A DNA stretch of 64,000 nucleotides from Octopus bimaculoides (Eukaryota), in the NCBI RefSeq assembly GCF_001194135.2, contig NC_068996.1, forward strand, positions 50,588,821 through 50,652,820, read 5' to 3'. The first letter of the stretch is position 1. The number at the start of each line of letters is the position of its first letter. The notes below the pieces were generated by a model. It made no database searches. It was not told the origin of the DNA and saw nothing but the letters and a program-made list of their open reading frames with translations. Positions 60,323 through 64,000 of this stretch are shown here, in pieces. A program made the translations under genes and the position numbers.

Positions 60323-60360
<38 letters not shown>

Positions 60361-61019
60361 AATTGTAAATAGATATTTATTTAGAGTTGATTTGTATCCG
60401 TGTGTGTGTGTGTGTGTGTTCGTGTGTGCATGCGTATGTATGCATGTGTATAATATGCGTATGTATGCATGTATATAATATAAATAATATATAAATATAT
60501 CCATATATCCATACATATATGTACATACCTACATCTATATGCATACATACATGCATATATGGATACAGGACATCAAAAAGACGTTAAACACAATGAGAAA
60601 CGAAAACATAAAGACGAAAACAGAAAACGAACTTTTTTCGAACAACGAAGAAAACAAACAGAGAAACAAAACATGCAACATAAAGAGTATATCCCTTCGT
60701 CAGTTGTCCCTGTTCCATCTACTCCACGTTTCGAAGGCAAGGACAATACGCGACTTCATTGGAACAGTCCTTCCCACAAAGCAAATTAAATAAAATTTGG
60801 AATTTTTTGCGGAGGGTGAAAGTGTTGACAAGAACGGGCCAGTGAGAACAAGACAGTAAAAACAAACGGTGAAGACTGTTAAGCCAAGACAATAGAAAGA
60901 TTATCATTATGAACGCTAGATAGACGTGCATGAGAAAAGAGACAGAAGAAACACGTCTTTTCTATAGGAAGGCAGTGGACAGAAAGAAATCTCAAAAAAA
61001 TCTCTTACAAATTATCTCC

Positions 61020-61950
61020 TTACATAATATTAGTCTGTTAACTATTGATACATTTATTAATACTAACATTAATTTACCTAATACCATCCATCCCCCTAGA
61101 AATATTAATAAAATGGTTATTGTATCTGAAGTCAATTACAACAGAATCAAGTTTATGTCAAGTAACTCTAAAATTAAAAATTCTATATACCAGTGTAAAA
61201 TTATTTCTGATAATGAAGTATTTTTTTTCGTATAGGTAGCTCATCTTCTCAGTTATCTAAAAGAATTTCTAATCATTACTCTACATTTAGGGATAGGAAT
61301 AAATGTAACAGTACAGGGCTTAGTAAATTAATTTGGTATCTAAAAGACCACAATAAACAATTTAATTTAGATTGGTTGATTCTCTCAATTTCAATACTTT
61401 ATGATAAAGGCAAGGAATTCTGTCTTCTCTGTAATTCTGAACTATTTAAAATTCTTTTTTCTAAAAATCCCCTTGTAAACAGTTATAGAGCAGGCATACT
61501 GATGTAAACATTGGCAGAAACACACCTTTAGTACATATAAGTGATATCTATCATTATAATTTTCACATTAATTTTCTTCTTACATTTCACATTCACTAGA
61601 TATATCTTTTTCCAAGACTTCAGGGTTCTATTTAATTTACATATTGTTATATTCTTCTCATTTATTTGGTTTTTTCTTTCCTTTACCCCTCCTCTTTCTA
61701 TAGGCTACCTTTGACGTTATATCCTCTAACATTTTTTGGAAACAAACTTAATAGCGTTCAGTTAATCACTATACATATCCATCATTTTCTGTTAAAATGT
61801 CTTATTGACGAGTTTAATTTCTTCATTTCTCTGAAGAGAAGATCACATTGATTTACACCATTTTATTCCGTTGGAATAATACCAGTGATATCTTCGAAAC
61901 ATGTCTCAGAAGTAAAAGAATTTGAATAAGACCTGCGTTTAACTCCATTT
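61020..61950 (+). mobile_element. Penelope-like element 3' fragment: GIY-YIG endonuclease pseudogene plus a hammerhead-bearing tail
   Basis: With one frameshift: NSIYQCKI...IGSSSSQLSKRISNHYSTFRDRNKCNSTGLSKLIWYLKDHNKQFNLDWLIL...FCLLCNSE, the PLE GIY-YIG pattern with CxxC. Confidence 0.85.
61825..61913 (+). ncRNA. Candidate type I hammerhead ribozyme (imperfect) at the Penelope 3' end
   Basis: ATTTCT-CTGAAGA-GAAGAT...ATCTTC-GAAA-CATG-TC-TC-AGAAGT. Core intact, palindromic CAUG loop, 2-nt register defect between stems III and I. Confidence 0.55.
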
Positions 61951-62179
61951 ATTTATTTTTATATATTATACTAAATATTTCACGTAAATTCAGAGTTTCT
62001 ACCTTTAAAAACNNNNNNNNNNNNNNNNNNNNNNNNNNNNNNNNNNNNNNNNNNNNNNNNNNNNNNNNNNNNNNNNNNNNNNNNNNNNNNNNNNNNNNNN
62101 NNNNNNNNNNNNNNNNNNNNNNNNNNNNNNNNNNNNNNNNNNNNNNNNNNNNNNNNNNNNNNNNNNNNNNNNNNNNNNT

Positions 62180-62997
62180 ATATGTTTCGTGTTGTAAGAC
62201 AGTGTGTGAGAGAGAATCATGATGTCATAGGAGAGAAGTGTGTCTGCATGGATGATGGTTCACTTGCATTTAATGAGGCTGCAAGGAGAGAGACTTGGAG
62301 ACGCCATTATGAAAGGTTGCTAAATGAAGAGAATGGATGGGAGAAAGAGAGTCTGCTGAATGTTGACCCAACAGAGGGACCAGCTACAGTACCTTGGTAG
62401 ATAAAGCAATTAAGAGTATGAAGACAGGGAAATCCCCCGGCCCATCAGGAATCACTGCAGAGATGCTCAAAATATCTGGCAGTGTCGGCTATAGCCTAGT
62501 CACCCGTATTACGAACCAGGTGATACACGAAGGAGTCATACCCAATGACTGGTGTAGCAGCACCATAGTCAACTGCTACAAAGGTAAAGGTGATACTTTA
62601 GATACAAATAATTACAGAGGTATCAAGCTTTTAGATCAGGTAATGAAAGTCACGGAGAGGGTCATAGCCCAACTAATTAGGGAGTGAGTCAGTTTAGATG
62701 AGATGCAGTTTAGGTTTGTGCCTGGGAAAAGCACCATTGATGCTATATTTCTGGTAAGACAACTGCAGGAGAAATACCTAGCCAAGGATAAACCTCTGTA
62801 CCTGGCTTTCGTTGACATGGAGAAAACCTTTGACAGGGTCCCCCGATCCCTTATCTGGTGGTCAATGAGGAAACTAGGGATAGAAGAATGGTTAGTGAGA
62901 GCTGTGCAAGCCATGTACAGAGATGCTATCAATAAGGTGAGGATTGGCAACGAGTACACTGAAGAATTCTGGGTAGGGGTAGGGGTCTACCAAGGAT
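62180..62997 (+). mobile_element. RTE LINE reverse transcriptase fragment (pseudogene)
   Basis: KAIKSMKTGKSPGPSGITAEMLK, NYRGIKLL, QFRFVPGKSTIDAIF, LAFVDMEKTFDRVPR, VGVYQG; one frameshift and one stop. Confidence 0.93.
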
Positions 62998-64000
62998 AAG
63001 TGTGTGCATATGTGTGTGCATGTATGTGTGTGTGTCTTTATATCTGTGTTTGTTCCCAATCACAACTTGACAACTGATGTTGGTGTACTTGTGTCCCCAT
63101 AACTTAAAGGTTTGCCAAAAGGGACTGATAAAATAAGAAACAGGCTTAAAAAAAAACAGTATTGAGCTTGACTCGTTTCACTCAAATTTTTCAAGGCAGT
63201 GACCCTGCATGGCCTCAGTCAAATGACTGAAACAAGTAAATATATATACATATAGAGCTGTTTCACATGTTTATTTTATTTATTAATGAACAAATCAATT
63301 ACATCATATAAAAAACCCCATCGTCTTAAAATTTACCATTTAGGATTTTTCACACAAAATGTATAGAATGCAGCACTGAGATGAGAGAGTCAATATGCAT
63401 TCTATATTCTTTGTGTGAAAAATCTTAAATGTTTAACTTTATCTTAATTTTAATTCACCTGAAGAAAACAGGTTTTTTGCTGTTTTTTTATGATGTTATT
63501 GGTTTGCTCATCAATAAAGAACGTGTCAGGAACAGCTGTAGTAAACCTCAGCACATGTGTATTATTATTTATATAACACCACATTTGGAACCTTCCCTGT
63601 GTTAGATTTTGAACCTACAGTGGACCATGGACTGCATACCAAAGTATACTCTTGTGTGATTTTATGTATATGTTGAGTGTATTCGGTCTATGTGAAACTT
63701 GAAGGATAAATCTGTATTTGCTTTAGTAAATATGTAAGTAAACATGGGTATGCTGTCCACAACTCTACCTTGGTGTCTTTGTAATTAAAATATCTCGATT
63801 CTATTAAATTCTGCAGATTATGTGTACTCATGAAACTTGTGGGTGTAAGGCATGAAACTTGTGGGTAAGGGGCTAATCAATTACATTGAACCCAATGATT
63901 GACTGGTATTTATTTTATCAATCCTGAAAGGACGAACGGCAAAGATGACTTTGGTGGAATTTGAACTCAGAACATAAAGACAAATGAAATGCCACTAAGC

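Noticed and set aside
60043-60450. About 190-bp essentially identical inverted duplication
   Set aside because: The two arms meet at a 10-N gap (60259-60268) and differ only in microsatellite length. This is typical of overlapping contig ends joined in opposite orientation, so it is probably an assembly artefact until long reads confirm it.
60700-60760. Minus-strand GAAAC...GTA...CTGACGA, a possible type II hammerhead
   Set aside because: Core motifs are present, but the segment that should form stem I (GATGGAACAGGGACAA) does not pair and stem II is weak.
27904-62220. Long ORFs containing X runs (for example 28058-28702, 32042-32662, 39601-40146, 49201-50007)
   Set aside because: They are open only because they cross N gaps (28111-28464, 32209-32630, 39739-40058, 49258-49787, 62013-62178). 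Only the MDH1 exon 5 part of 27904-28509 is real.
53894-62997. RTE fragment ending at VYQG (62997) and another starting at HQGS (53894) as one rearranged element
   Set aside because: The 53894 start is defined by an N gap and the two pieces differ in decay. Independent copies of an abundant family explain the pattern.

Overview
This is AT-rich eukaryotic genomic DNA from a draft assembly with ten N gaps. The repeat landscape (tRNA-derived SINEs, RTE LINEs with (GAT)n tails, dense TA/CA/TCTA microsatellites) suggests an octopus or related coleoid cephalopod; the species is an inference. One protein-coding gene can be fully reconstructed: cytosolic malate dehydrogenase MDH1 on the + strand, 8 coding exons between 1354 and 33570, 999 nt, 332 aa, all introns GT-AG. 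Its UGA stop lies in a leaky UGA-CUG context and is followed in frame by L-F-D-P-K-L-stop, a candidate hidden peroxisomal targeting (PTS1-like) extension that resembles vertebrate MDH1x but has unrelated sequence. The rest is mostly decayed mobile DNA: RTE, Tx1/L1 and R4-like LINEs, Penelope-like elements, SINEs, two mariners, piggyBac and hAT MITEs, and LTR-like pieces. Within it are a canonical minimal hammerhead ribozyme (46742-46785, minus) plus weaker ones, a foldback element with an 8-bp TSD around (CCCTAA)n repeats, and a perfect RFX X-box with a possible first exon of an unidentified second gene near 57.5 kb. Boundaries of decayed repeats are approximate. No database searches were run.
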